The notes under the pieces: model-generated
Told to the model about the DNA's origin: nothing
Databases searched by the model: none
The model's input: only the letters and a program-made list of their open reading frames with translations
Shown: in pieces, positions 26,386 to 40,857 of the stretch
Layout of the letters: every line of letters starts with the position of its first letter
How positions within the stretch are numbered: position 1 is the first letter of the stretch
Translations under genes and position numbers: made by a program
Source: Camelus dromedarius
Taxonomy: Eukaryota
Direction: 5' to 3'
Length of the DNA stretch: 64,000 bases
Assembly: GCF_036321535.1 (NCBI RefSeq)
Contig: NC_087436.1
Location: 28,398,001 to 28,462,000 of the forward strand

Positions 26386-27112
26386 ATACATTTATTTGAT
26401 TTCTTCTTCCCACCATAAAGGAGCTACTTGGAAATCCTGTTACTATCATGAACCATCCATGATCTTACTCAGTAAATCTGAGATGGAGTCAATACCACTT
26501 CAGGTTTAGGGAACTGGCACTAAGGAACAATTATTCACATATTCAAAGCTAAATCTGGCAGTTAGCACAAACATTTGTTAAATGGATACAACATTCTGAG
26601 AAGAGAATTTTTGTGTCTTTGTGCTGTGTTGTGCTTTCGTGTTATAAGCTTTTGCTAAACTCTGGAGTGCAGTAAAGGGGAGGGTAGGGGGAAGGGCAGA
26701 TTACAGCCTCTATAGGGATCCAAGTTTCAATAGTTTTACTTACATATTATAGTACATCAATTTTATTACTGATCTAGGCAACCAGGGGATGGAAGGATAT
26801 GCAATGTGGATAAACACATTCATATCAGGATGAGGAATGCTGGCAGGAAACACAGCTTTTTAACATTAAAAATGTATAAAGTATTTAGCAAAAGTTACAG
26901 AAAACAGAGCAAACAAGCAAGTTTATTTTTTTAGAAATTTTCACTTTTGTAGGGTTGGCTGATGTGCTTGGGTCTGTGAAAAGTCTCCTCCCCGACTTCC
27001 ATCATTTCCTTCCAGTGGGAAGGGCAAAGATACATATTTGGGGCTCTTGTCATCAAGGATGACTGGTGTCCCTTTGAATGACTGTCCCTGGGTCCACATG
27101 GCTACTTGAAGG

Positions 27113-27568
27113 CATATATATAATGGAATATTACTCAGCTATAAAAATAATGAAATCTTGTCATTTGCAGCAACATGGACAGATCTAGAGAACATAATGC
27201 TAAGTGAAAAATTTCAGGAAAAAAAGACAATTACTATATGATATCACTTACTTTTATAGGTAGAATCTAAAATGTAATACAAATGGATCTGTATACAAAA
27301 CAAAAACAGACGCACAGACATAGAAAACAAGCATTGGTACCAAAGGCAAGGGGAAGGGCAAATTAGGAATAGGGGATTAATAGATTAACAACTACTATAC
27401 GTAAAATAGATAAGCAACAAGATTTACTATATAGCACAGGGAATTATGCCCAATATCTTGTAATAATCTACAATGGAGTATAATCTGCAAAAAAAAAAAT
27501 CACTATCTGTATACCTGAAATTGACACAATATTGTAAATCAACCACATTTCAATAAAAATAAATTAAA
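27113..27568 (+). mobile_element. 5'-truncated L1 3' end (cetartiodactyl type)
   Basis: 'aatggaatattactcagctataaaaa...catttgcagcaacatggacagatctagag...gatttactatatagcacagggaa...caataaaaataaa'. Confidence 0.93.
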
Positions 27569-29499
27569 ATGTACAGAAAAAATCAAACTCTATTTGGCCT
27601 CTGGAAAACACATAACAACCCTAAAGCAAGGAACTTTAGATCACTTATGAAATGAAATGAGAAAACATTTATACTAAATTAAAATTATATTAGGTGAAGT
27701 TTTCTGAAATGTTTTGATCATACTTTAAGAAAATATAATGAAAATGGTCCTATTTTACTGGTTCATAGAATTATTAGATAGCTACTAGAATCTAATAGTT
27801 CTAGAATTATTAAGAAGAAACAAGTCAGAGGAAGTGTTCCTTGGGATATGGCACTTAGATGTCACATTAATTTGAATTTTAATGGGAATATTTTGTTGTA
27901 GGAAAAGGGGTAATTTTCTTTTCCTTCATTTTATTTTTATTCCTGACTGATCTGGGCTTCTCAGTATTAAAAAATTTCTAATGAACAAATGTAGTTATCC
28001 CCTTATTTATGTTCTAATGCAATTTATTATCAGTGGCTTTTGGTAATAAAGTCAAGAAACACATTTAGCAAGATTATTATTTTTTATCGAGATTTCATCT
28101 AATACGAAAGACTTTTTAAAAAAATCTCCATAGTGCCCTTTTAGATTTATGTTTTTATAATATATTTGTTATCATCTTAACTGTATGCAAATGGGCTGCA
28201 TATGCTACATATATTAGTTTAGAAGTTAGATGAAGAAATAGAAAAATACCTAGAGTAATGAAATGGGAGCATGAATGGATTCAATCAGATATGGATCCAA
28301 ATCCTACTTCTGTCCCTGGTTAGCCGGCTGTGTCATTTGAGAGATGTTTGTGTTAACATAAAAGCCCCAAAATATTTGAGGGTAAGAGAGATCATTAAAT
28401 GTAGCTTGCATAGTTGGTATCAGTAAAAGCTTGTTTCTTTGTTATTTTGGAAAGTTAATGGGGATTAGTAGCCAAAAGTCTAAATGGAGTGGTTTGCCTT
28501 TTAGTCCATTATAGAAGAGATGTGGCATTGAAGTAGGAACTTGTAATTCAGAGACAAAAAGGGAAAAATGTCATTGAGATTTGTAGCTTGATGGCTGATT
28601 GTTGTCGAAGAAGAATGAGAAAAGGAGTCAAAAAGAACTCCAGAGCTTTTAACTTTAATGACTGGAAAGAAAATGGTAGCCCTAGATTAGCTATAAAACA
28701 TTAATGAAAAACAGGTTTGGAATAAATCGTAATAATTAAGTTTGGCAATTCGAACTGTTTGGGAAGGCTGTTTGAATCTGTGTCTTAGAATCTGACTTTC
28801 TTAAAACCCAATGAAAATAAACTAAACATAGTAAGGATCAAAACTAAATAAAACACTCCAAGTGGTTGTCAAAAAAAGGAAAAAGCATGCTCTCATGTCT
28901 TACACTTTTAAACATCCAATCTCAAAGTAATAGAAGATTCTTAAACAGAGGGCAGACACAGTACTCCACCCCTTGGTACCACAGAGTTGTGTTCACAGAA
29001 CCCAAAGAACCTTATTAATACTCTCAAATCCAGGGAGAAGCAAACTGAATAGTGTATCATTTGTTTTTCTTTTTTGTTTGAGAATTAGTGGAAACAGCTG
29101 CTGGGAATAAGTAGGTAGGCTGGGGAAAATACACGATGGAGATGACTCTCTCTAAACAAAGTAAACCTTCCAACTCTGTTCTTAAACTGATTAAATAATT
29201 GAGATCACATAAAAATTCTTTACTCTTCTTTGTCCCTGACACTTAGACGAATGAACTTTGGTACAGATATTTTTAAAACTCTCAGCTTTATCTCCTCAGC
29301 TGCGATTTCCACCTCCTCTCACCAAACACTCTAGGCCATACTCAGCCCTCACACTGGAGCCCACGGGGGAGAACAAACTATCCTCAGGTACCATGGAAAG
29401 AGTGACAAGAATTCGCGTGCAGTCATGAAAGCAAATTTCAGTGTTGGACAGAGCTGGACTAAAAAAAGTAAGCCTACAAAGTTAATAGCAGGTAATGAA

Positions 29500-30280
29500 G
29501 GAACTATCACATGCCAATGAATGAAAAAAAATATTAAAACAGATACAATAATAGAAAAAATCATAGTATCTCAAAGTCTAAGAGGTCAGTTAAAGGAAGA
29601 AGGGGAAATTTCTCACAATTGCTTCTTCCTATATGAATCAGCATAGTAAGAATATAATTTAGGAAACAAAGCTCAATACCAGATGATTAAACAACAGAAT
29701 GAGATAAAAAGGGGATTTCAGACCTTAGATAATCAGAACCAACACAACACGAAGTTGGACTTTATAGTTAGAAAGAACATGGAAGAGATGGATACACCAT
29801 TAAAAAATCCTATCACTGTCACAGTGGAAAGGCTGGAGATGATGACAATTGTTGCAAAAACATTTAAAAATATTTAAAACGTATGAAGGGATATCATAAT
29901 ATATTTCAAGAGTATCAAGACACAAAATGGAAAACAAAATATATTTTCTTAAAATGAAGAAAGAATCAAATATCAAAAATTGCCCCATGATCTAAGGAAT
30001 TTAATAGAACAGACTTATTTTAATACAGCAATTATTTTTCAAAGGTGGAAAAAGAAAAATTAATTTGGTAAATACAGTTAGGAAAAGCAAATTATAGCAT
30101 AGGTGAAATGCATCAGTCTGGTTTCAGTTCTTTCTTTAAAGAAAGAGTAAACAGAATGAATGTTAAAAGACAAGAGAGGAATGTCTACAAAATTTGTGGG
30201 CAAGAATGCTTTGAGAATTTTATTACCAGCATACAGTCCATTCAGGAACAGAATCAACAGACCTCTCAACAATGAACAAA
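29500..30280 (+). mobile_element. Old L1/HAL1 ORF1-like relic
   Basis: A-rich; ends 'gaatgctttgagaattttattaccagc', resembling the ORF1 C-terminal PRILYPA region. Confidence 0.4.
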
Positions 30281-30536
30281 TTCAATAAATATAGTCCCCT
30301 TCAGTTCTTGTGGGTGAAGTGGGAGGTTACCTACTTGACCCCTATATTTAGACAAACAAAAGATGAATTTAAATATTGAGCTTAATAAAAGATTAGCTGT
30401 GTTAAAGAACGGTGGTGAATTTTGAATCAAATATTCTCTGCAATGATACTTACTTCTTTTTCCTAATCTGGGTCATGGGATTTGGTCTGATATTTCACTT
30501 TTATCCTCCTGCTTTTTTTGAAATTTTGAAAAAATA

Positions 30537-31236
30537 AATTTAATTTATTTTTATTGACGTATACTTGCTGTTCAATATTATATAAATTACAGGTGTGCAA
30601 TATAGTGATTTACAATTTTTAAAGGTTATACTCCATTTGTATATTGGCTATATTCCCCATGTTGTACAATATAGCCTTGCAGCTTATTTCATACATAATA
30701 GTATGTATCTCTTACTCCTCCACCCCTGTATTGCCCCTTTGACCTTCCCTCTGAGCACTGGTAACCATTAATTTGTTCTCTGTATCTGTAAGTCTGCTTC
30801 TTTTATTTTATATCCACTAGTTTGTTGTATTTTTTAGATTCTACATATAAGTGATAGCATATAGTATTTGTCTTTCTCTGTCTGACTTACTTCACATAGC
30901 ATAATGCTCCCCAAGTCCATCTATGTTGCTGCAAATGGCAAAGTTTTGTTTATTTTTAATGGCTGAGTAATATTCTATTGTAATATATACTCTATGTGTG
31001 TGTGTGTGTATGTATGTATGTGTGTGTATATATATGTATATACACACACATATGTACACACCACATTTTCTTTACCTATTCATCTGTTGATAGACACTTA
31101 GGTTGCTTTGATATATTGGCAATTATAGATAATGCTGCTATGAACATTGGGGTACATGTATCTTTTCAAAATAGTGTTTTGGGTTTTTTCCTTTTCTTTT
31201 TTTGGATATATATCCAGGAGTGGAATTGTTCGTTGT
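30537..31236 (-). mobile_element. 5'-truncated L1 3' end (cetartiodactyl type)
   Basis: Antisense 3' UTR 'tttttaaaggttatactccattt...ttggctatattcccc...ttttagattctacatataagtgata' with internal (TG)/(TA) repeat at ~30995-31060. Confidence 0.92.
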
Positions 31237-34200
31237 AATATTTGAAATTTTCATAAGAATATACCAGTTTTAAAAAAATTCCCTTTACAATAAAAAAAAA
31301 ATTTGTAGAAACTATACCACGTTGTTAGAGATTAAATCAGGTGGTAGAAAAATGAATATTGTTCTTCTCTTTCTTGTACTTTTATTTTTAAGAACATCTT
31401 AAATTTTTTTGAAAAATTAGAAAACTTAGTGCAGGATATATTAAGTTTGAGGTATCTTTATGATACTTTGTGGGAGATGCTTATCAGGCATTTGGGAACA
31501 AAACTGAAGGTCAAGTTTTGAGATACAGACTTGGTAAGGGTTTGGGTGGAAGTGATAAATGAAACTTAGAGAGTGGAGATTATTTTAGAAAAGTACCAAG
31601 AGAGTATCTGTGGACAGAGACTTGAAGACTCTGCATTTAAGAAGCAGGTAGTAGAATAAAATCAGAAAATATCAGAAACCTTGCCCATTCGCCCCTTTAA
31701 TTGGTAAATAGGCTGAAAATCATGACCAAAACAGTGATAAAAGACAACAAAACAAAGTTTATTTTTTGATACTGGTGTATTTCCCAGGTCAATAAAATGT
31801 ATTTCTACTTTTCTAATTCACAATGTTTTGCCAATAATTAGCCTAATCTGTTAAGGTTCTACAGATCGTTCTTTTTTGCAAATGTTTTATCATTCAGTCT
31901 GTGTTAATTCTCTAGCTCTCATTTATTTCCGGATGTAATACTTCGTGAAAACTGAGAGTATTAAATTTGAGCCACAGCTTCCTTTTCTATTGATTTTTCG
32001 TTCCCCACATTTGGGATTCCAGGTTCTGCCCATGAATTTAATCCTACCCTGTTATACTGGGTCCTCAGCAAATCTTTTTAACTCCTTCTCAAACCAGTTC
32101 CAGCAGGGAATTGACAGAACAGGAGAAAGAAGCACTTTTTCAGATTGTTTTCCCAAAGGCAAATACAATCACTATTTTGGTTGACTAGATTGTTATATAT
32201 AAATTTAATAGTTTTTCTGCAGCTCATTTATACTTTAGTTAGTCAACATCCCTCTGTTTCAGTTACCTAAACACTGATCTGCCACAATTTCATTTATAAT
32301 TTTATGAAGATAATTTAATACTTTTAAGTATTACTTTATTTAGCTCAGGTGAAAGAACTTTGTTAGATTTGAACATATCTGGAATTATATCTCATATATG
32401 ATATACTACCTTTGAAATAGCCTATTTTTCAATTTCTTATATAACACATTGATGTTTGCAACTGACCTTTATGTTAGGATCAATTTGCCTCAATATTTTG
32501 AAAATCAGACTAATTTATGTTAAAACAGATTTTACTGGAAAAGTAACACTAAACTATAGGCTTCAACTGCTGAGAATGAGGTTTAAACTCATACCTAGGT
32601 AATTAGTATTAAACTCAGATGTCTACAAGAAAGGAAAATTAAGTCTCTCTTTTAATATGTGAAAACTCAATTATAATTTGAGTTCTATATTAAAATTTGC
32701 AGTAATTTTTATACTGTTGAAATTATTTATCAATGAAATATGTATAACGGCTCAAATGGCAAAGTAGTTTTATTCTTTCAGTGTAGCATTTACATTAAAA
32801 ATTGAGAATAGCATTTCTGTGTCATTATTAAACACATACTATATTTTTTTAATTCACTTTGACAGCTCTAATAAAAACACAACTAACAATTACACTGAGA
32901 TCTCTGAATTACCAATGACCTATTTCCAAACAAAAGAAAGTCTAAAAACTTTAAGGGAAAAAAAGTATTGCAAATTGGAATTTTCCTATGAAACTAAATT
33001 TGGTAAAAGCATCTAAATGCATCTGACAACAAAGTATCCCTTGAGATCTGTTTAATTTGGCATCAAAAACAGCAGCAACAATTCTTAGTGTAGGATAGAG
33101 ATGTAGACCCTTAATCTGAGAGTAAAGAGTCAAGGCATCTTCAAAAGGACTGTGATGGATGAGAATGTCAACTCTACCAGCTGAGCCGAGTAGCTAGCAT
33201 GCATCCCCTGCAGAACTGGAAGCTGGGGCTTGGCCTACGACACCCAGTGGTCACAGATGGAGAGCAAAGGTGGAGGCTCGAGTTGGAGTCTTATGGGAGG
33301 CCTGGGAGGCACACCTGAGTTCAACCCCAAGATGCACCAAGTTGGTTGTAGAAGAAAAAATTAGTGTTTGTTCTAAATCATCTAACTTATTATTGAGAAA
33401 ATGTGTCGTTTGCAGGTAGGTAGATGATATGGGGCTGAAAATTTGGGACTGTCATATTATTCTGTCTCTGCTGTGTATGTAAATTAACATTATAATTCAA
33501 CATTTTTTAGAGCTATCCGATGAATGATTTCATCAATTTAGCTGTTGACTTTAAATCCATTGATTTTCTGATTTGGGGGGAGCAGTATTCAAGACTTATT
33601 TACCTTATTAAAGGACATTTTTAAAACACATCTTGGACATGACTAGTAGAATTTAACAATAACATTGGATATATATTCACTAGTTTTAAAATAGGCATCT
33701 ATATTAGAATTTTAATAAAAACATTTTGGCTGCTGATACAGCGACATCACACTTTTTTTTTTTTTGCTTCATATAATAATGGCCTTAAATTGTTCAACTG
33801 TAACCATAAACTGGAATATCCATAATAGTAACTTCTTAAATCAGGTTGCCAGTTTACAGCAGAATCCACATCCAAGAATTTTGAATATAAACCACTACAA
33901 GAGGTAGAATTCACGCTACCCCATTAAAAGGAGAATATTGTTGATGTTTGAAGAAAAAAATATGTAGAAGTACAAGCAGGCAAGTGACCACACAAAACTA
34001 AGAGGGAATAACAAGATTCCCATGTAAAACTCTGGAATTTTCTATCAAGGTTTTTTTTTTTAAATTAAATATTCTGAATTTTTTTTGCAGAGAAAACATG
34101 CAAACTGACTATCTGTGGATATTTTATGATTGTGTAATATTTCTTTCAAAATAGTTGTCTCTATGCTCAGCAATATACTTTAATATTTTAGGGTTAATAC

Positions 34201-35120
34201 AGGTCACGTGCTTTAATCTTAATACCATCATCTCCTATATGCCCAAAAGAGAGATAAGACCTGTATGATTTTCAATAACATATATTATATTCAGCAGAGA
34301 TGATGCAATATGGGTTATTTGGAATGCTTTGAATACTTTGCATCCTTGAGAATAAGAAAAGCAGCCCTTCACCATCTGCCCTGGCATTATCAATGAGGCA
34401 TCGGTGTTGCTAGGAGATAGCTAGATCTCACAGCTAGGTCTTGGTCCTCACCTTGAATGTGTGAGTCTTGCAGAATACCAGGATCAGGCAAGGCCACTCT
34501 GTGAACGTGCTGGGTCAGGACAAAAATAAGATTGCTCCATATTATGACTGAACTTAAGTAAGAAAAAGAGCAGTACCTAAACCTCAGCTTTAACCACATA
34601 TCTCTTTCTCTCAGATGAGTGAGTGCTGCCTCTGCATCTTATTACAGCCTTAGCAACACTACACCCCCGCTATGTGTTAGGTGAGATTCATCAAGACCAT
34701 AAGGTCAAATCAGAATTCCTTTTAAACACCTTCTTACTCAGACATTTCGTAATTCCCATTAGCACACTCTCTTCCCCATTACAACAAGTCAATAAGCCCA
34801 ATATTTTTCAGTTAAAGCTGTGTTTCTGGTAGTATTTGTCTGGAGGCCACTGATTCCTCTTCTGGCAAGTTTTCTTTTCTTTTCTCTCTCTTTAAAGAAC
34901 TACCAAATATTAAGTATGCACACATCTGAGATTTCTTCCATGTTTTCCTCTTAAGCATTTTAGAAAATCAAAACTTTAAATTTCAACCAAACTAAAGATT
35001 TTAAATGGCGTTGATCAGGCCTTTTCCACAAGTCGAAAGGTATTAATATGAATTTTCTCTCTCTGTCTCTCTGCATTGTGTGGCTTTTTAATATTTAAAT
35101 ATACAATAAGAATTCATATA

Positions 35121-35612
35121 CAGCCTATCTTCATTATTCTTGAATTCCATATTTGTGCGTTTGTCTTCTCACTAAAATTTATTTGCAATTCTCAGACCCA
35201 TACTTGTGGCACATTTATGGACGTTTGTGGACAGGTGCAGAATGGTAAAATTTTAGTTGCCTCACAAGCAGGTTCCCAGCTGAGAACAAACAAGATGATA
35301 CTGTGCTTCACTGTTTCAACTCTCTATACTACTGTAAACAAATGTCTTTTTTTGTGTCTATTTAGTGCCATATTTTTCTCTTTTTTTGTGCTTTTTGTTA
35401 GCGATTTTGCTATTTAAAATGGTCTCCAACTGTAGTGCCGAGGTGCTATATTGTGTTCTTAAGTCAAAGATGGCTCTGATGTGCCTTATGGAGAAAATAT
35501 GTGTGTTGCACAGCTTTTGTTCAGGCATGAGTTATTAGTGCTGTGGACCACACAGTTTAATGTCAATAAATCAACAACATATATTAAATGAGATGTCTTT
35601 TAAAAGAAACAT
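35121..35612 (+). mobile_element. MER82-like TcMar-Tigger DNA transposon, 3'-truncated
   Basis: TA then CAG start; 'ctcactaaaatttatttg...gttcccagctgag...tgtgccttatggagaaaatatgtgtg...ttcaggcatgagtta'. Confidence 0.8.
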
Positions 35613-35779
35613 AAATGAATTTGGGAAAATAAATATACAAAGAGAAGTATAGAGCCTACCTTGGAGAATAGATCCTGGAAACAACCCAAGTATTTAACTG
35701 AAACCCATGACAAATTATGTCCTATGAAAATCATCTGCAAAGTGACTAATATTTATTCAGTTTTAAATTTAACTTTGAA

Positions 35780-37530
35780 CCATCTCAGTCTCTGCTCAGA
35801 TTAATATGATCCGCTACTATTCTAACTATAGGTAAGAAAAAAAATAATTTTATTCTGGAGAAAGGTAACATCACTCTGAGTCTCTGCAATTTATCATTAA
35901 AATGTTCAGTATTCAGTAGTAAATTACAAAGCATGACAAAGGACTTTAGCTGGGGAAAAAAGAAAATAATAAAAATTAGATAATATAAATAGGCTCACAG
36001 GTGATGCAGATATTATTTCTCAGATAAACTTACAAATTAATAATATCAAGTACATACTAATTTATAATTTCAAAAATGATGACACAATTGAGAATTTAGA
36101 GAACTGAGATTTATAAAGAATTATATAGAATGCTAAAAACTGTTGAAATAAAATGGTTGGAAGTAGGGCTGTGGAAAATGTAGAGAATAAAACATGGAGA
36201 GAAAAAAGAATTGGAATAAAGCACAAAAAAGAAAATGAAACATCAGACATAATAAAAAAATTTAAATAAATGTAAGTGGGGTCTCTGAAGGAGAGAAGAG
36301 AGAATTCGTTTGAAAAAAAAATTCCAAAAAATTGATAAAATACATCAAGCCGCAGATTCATGACGCCCAATGCATTAAAAAACGGTTAAATACAAAGAAA
36401 CCACATGTAAGCACATTACAGTAAAATATTTGAAAAGCAATGATAGAGAGAAACAGCCATAGCAGTCCAAAGGAAATAAAAAGGCACATGGCTTTCAAAG
36501 ACACAAAAATTAAGATAGTTGACTCTGTAATGGAAATGATAGAAGAAAGAAAATAATATAGTGAAGGTTTAAAATTCTGAAAGAAAAGGACCAACATAGA
36601 TGTCAATAGCTGATAAATGCATCCTTCAGAAATGAAGCTATAATGAAGATGTCTTCAGACAAACAAACAAACAAAAAAAAGAAAATTTCTCACCAATAGC
36701 CCTGCATTAAGTAATTTATTTCTAAAGACATAAAAAAAAAGATCTCTGATGTACATACTACAAAGGGAAACAATAAGACCACTACAAAGGCTAAATGAAT
36801 GATTAAGTTCAATGTATTTTAACTGTTTATAATATTAGCAATAATTTTAAATGCACATAAAATAACAATAAATATGAAAAACCGCCAATATTGGAGACAA
36901 ATCCAAATTAAAATCATAGAAAAATACCACTGCAGATCATTAGGATGGCTAAAATGAAAGAAAAAAGGAAAGAGAGAGAGAGAAAGAAAGAAAACAACAG
37001 AAAAGCAGTATCAAGTGTTGGCAAGGAAATGGAGAAGGTGGATCTGTCATAGAATTCTACATAAGTGTAAATTCGTAATTGGTAATACTACTTTGGAAAA
37101 CTGTCAGCATTGATACTGGCCTGTTGTGCAAACCCCACACCAAGATACAGTAACAACAGAAATGCATAGGCAACAATGAACACTTTACACCAACCTGCAA
37201 AACTTGATGGATGTACCTCCCAAATATAATGATGTTAAGAGAGAGAACTGAAACACAAAAGAGTACACACCCTGACATCCTTTAATGATATTTAAAAATA
37301 TACAGAAAGCAAAACTAATCTCTGGTGATAAAAATCAGAATAGTGTATATACATGGGGGAGCATAGTGGGAGGGAGAGGGCACATGGGTAGTTTCTGGGT
37401 ATTTGGTGATGTCTGATACTTTGGGGTGATGCTTGCTGTGTGTGCTTGGAAGATACAATTAATTGATCTGTAAATGCAGGATTTGTGCACTTTTCTTCAT
37501 TATGCTTACATGTAAAAATGTTAGATATAA
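35780..37530 (+). mobile_element. Old L1 relics (ORF1-like ~35.8-36.7 kb; L1ME-type 3' end ~36.9-37.5 kb)
   Basis: ORF1-like 'ggggtctctgaaggagagaagagagaa...cagattca'; 3' end 'tatcaagtgttggcaaggaaatggag...aaaactaatctctggtgataaaaatcagaatagtg'. Confidence 0.7.
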
Positions 37531-38751
37531 TTAAACCAGTGTAATATTTTGAGTAAATCACTTATCCTATATACTCAGTTAAATCTCCCATGGAGTATAA
37601 ACATTATTCTTTTTTCCTTCTTGTAACCTTCCTTCTCACACTCCGAAGGCCATTGTTCTTTTACTGGGGAGAGAAATAATCAGGAATAATTATACAAAGC
37701 ATTGTAAAAAAACAGATGCAAGAGGAAGAACAACATAACTACTTCTACCAAAAATTAATTAAAATTTTATTAGTTTGTATTCAGGAAACTTGTGTTTTAA
37801 ATGTAGCTCTTTCTTGCTGTATAATAATAAAATAATCAGTGTCACATATGTTTAATTTGTAAAATGCAGTATGCTACTATAAAATCCTTCAGTTCTTCCC
37901 CTGTTTTAGAATACATGAATTTCTTGCATGTGATTATGTGACAATACTTGTTTAAGAAAAATATGTCAAATGTCATAACTATATTTTTGAAAGTCCAAGC
38001 ATATACTTAAAAGAAAAAATTAGTGTCACCACATAGATTAATAATGTTAAGAGTCATTATTGATAACAATGATTGCATTTATATCTAGTACCTTAACTGG
38101 GAGGAATTTAAACCATTTTAGAAAAAAAGATGCTGTAAAACAAGAAACTATTTTCATATTGTTGTTGAGACATAAGCAACTTACTTGATAGAATTGTCTT
38201 TAACCATTTTGCCCCAGTCTACATTTAAGTTGATGACTCAGAACATGGCACACAAGACACAATCATATTTTTTAAAGCAGATGGTAACTGTCAATTACTA
38301 ATTGAGAATGTGCTAGTCCATTGATGCAAACTAGGGAATATACTTTTCAAATGGAAGGTAGAAATTAAGGAAATAAAGAACAAAGAGAAGACCCTCTGTG
38401 AATTCTTAACGCCAACAGATGGAATCCAGCTGCAGATAAACCAAATTTTAAAATGAAAGCAATAAGGAAAAATTGATTTTTCACTTACTTGTTTGAAACT
38501 CTTCCTTGACAAGATAAAATCAAATTTTTATCTAGCAATCTAATTGTCCTAGACTGTCACTAATTTCAATCATGATCTTCCACTATCATTAAAGATATTT
38601 AGAAAATTATATTTTAAAGTAATTAAGTTTTAATTTCTCATTAGTCAAATAGGCAGCCTTTACAACCGTGAAAATGGAGTGTGCTATTCCACATAGGCCT
38701 GAGAACATATAAAAAGTTTAACTGTAATTACTGCTGAATTGTTCTTTAATC

Positions 38752-38900
38752 TGTTAACAAACTAATGAGACCGACTGTCACTGTTTCATGGGTGCTGGCA
38801 GAAGACAAGACACTAGGACACTGATGATTCAGAGACAGGGAACTTCATTACTGATGGCAGAGTAAGCAGCAAGCACATCAGATTGGTGCTGTAAACACAA
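38752..38900 (-). mobile_element. Old LTR fragment, family not determined
   Basis: Starts TGTT; 'gctggcagaagacaagac...tcagagacagggaacttcattact' resembles the antisense U5/R of old ERV LTRs. Confidence 0.4.
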
Positions 38901-39146
38901 CCCTGGAAAATGTATTCCTGGCATAACCAGCAAGAATGTTCGGGGATGCTCAGAGCCCACTGCTTCTGCCAGCAGTCCTCTGGGCTTCCCCAAACATGAC
39001 GTATTTAACTCTGTTGTTGCATTGTTTGCATCGTATGGTCATTTTAAATGTTTTTTGTATTATTTCCTTCCAACTAGACTATGAAAATATTGAGAGAAGT
39101 TTCCACTCATTTGTGTGACCTTAGCATCATTGGGTATCCACATAAA

Positions 39147-39690
39147 ATTTGTGTTTCCTCTGCTTCTCTATTTCTGCGTAATGAATCACCCCAAATTCAA
39201 TAGCATAAAACAAGAATAATTTATTAACTCTCATGGTTTCTGTGGACAGAAAATCAAAAAGGGCTTATCTGGGCAGTTCTGGCTCTAGATCTTTCACAAG
39301 TTTGCAGTCAGAGAGCTGCTACAGCTGGAATTCTGGGGACTGGGAGAAGATGGGGGGCTATCTGGTTTTCTATTTTTTTTTTTTTATGTAGCATTAGGAC
39401 TTTTCCCTGTGGTCTCCCTCAAGAGAGGTTTTTCACAACATAGTTGCCTCAAGGTGCTCAGACTCAGTGCTTCCAAAGGGGAGTGTCCCTGAAAGTAAGA
39501 CAGAGACATTTTTCTCTTTGCTACCTAGACTTAGAAATTCATTCCTCCAAGGTCAGTAGCCTACTCAGATACAAGGAGGAGAACGTAGGAGCCCCACAGC
39601 ATGGCGGATGAGTCAAGATTACATTTTCAGAAGAGAAAATGTGATGAGAGATACTACTGTGGCCAGGCTTGGAACATACAAATTGCCACA
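39147..39690 (-). mobile_element. MLT1 (G/H-like) MaLR LTR
   Basis: 'ctatttctgcgtaatgaatcaccccaaa...ctgggcagttctggct...aaattgccaCA' antisense MLT1 motifs. Confidence 0.75.
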
Positions 39691-39739
39691 TTGTTTACTC
39701 ATTATCGCTGAAGGAAAAGAATATAGAAGATAGGAGAGA

Positions 39740-40552
39740 TGTGATATTGTGACTTATATTTGGTCTTTGTCCCTATATCTGGCACAAAGTTCCTAAAACC
39801 CTTGAAATATCTTAAGTGATAAGAGTGATAAAACTGTCTTAATATTCATAAAAATCCCTTTCATACACACCTGAGTTTATGTTAATAAGCTGATTTGGAA
39901 AATAGCTAAGGATGAGGGCTGGTTGCCAGGGAAACAAACTTGTGATGAGAGGGACAGAACTTTTAGTACAACCTCCTGATCTCCAGGGAGGAGAGAGAAG
40001 CTGAAGGTCGAATTGACCACCAATAACCAATGATTTAATCAACGGTGCCTGTGTAATGAAGCCTCCTTATAAAACCCAAAAGGAAGGGATTGGAAGAGCT
40101 TCCAGTTTGTGAACCAGAACATTTCCGTGTGGCACCATGTTGGGCCAAAACTCCACAAGGATAGAAGTGCCTTTGAATGGGACTGTGCCCTATGGATCTC
40201 TTCATCTGACAATTGATTCTTATCTTTTAATGACCTATATAACAAATCAGTAATCTAGTGAGTAAATTGTCTTGAGTCCTGTGAGCCACACTAGCAAATT
40301 AATGGTACCCAAGGAGAGGATTGTGAGAACCTCTGATTTAAAGCCCTTTGCAAGTGACAAAGTGACTTGCAACTGGCCGTGAAGTCTGTCTTGTGGGACT
40401 AAGCCCTTAATCTAGGGAATCTGAAGCTATCCCTGGATTGATAGTTTCAGAATTGAGTTGAGTTATAGGGCACCCAGCTGGTGTTGGAGAATTGCTTGAT
40501 GGTGTGGGGAAAACCACCAACACACATTGAAATAACTGGGTGCAGAGTCTTT
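39740..40552 (+). mobile_element. MER21B-like solo LTR
   Basis: Starts TGTGATATTGTG; 'atatttggtctttgtccc...tcctaaaacccttgaaat...gtctgtcttgtgggactaagcccttaa...cacccagctggtgttggagaattgctt'. Confidence 0.88.
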
Positions 40553-40857
40553 AGAAGGGAAGGATAAACAAGACAGAGAGGGAAGGAAAGAATAGGAACA
40601 AACTAAAGATCACAAAAATATAGTTATAGTAACAATGCAAAACTATAAAGCATACAGATTTCTTACTGTAGATTCACACATTTATTTTATTCATATGTTA
40701 AAAGTACAACTGTCAATTCAGTTTATATCAACTGAAGGAAATACAGGATGAATAAAAGACTGAAAATATTTAAATCTGATTGAAATCTGATTAGATGATT
40801 TAAACATAAAAATAAAATCTTAATCTCCTAATTCTAAAATAAGTTCATATATCTTAA

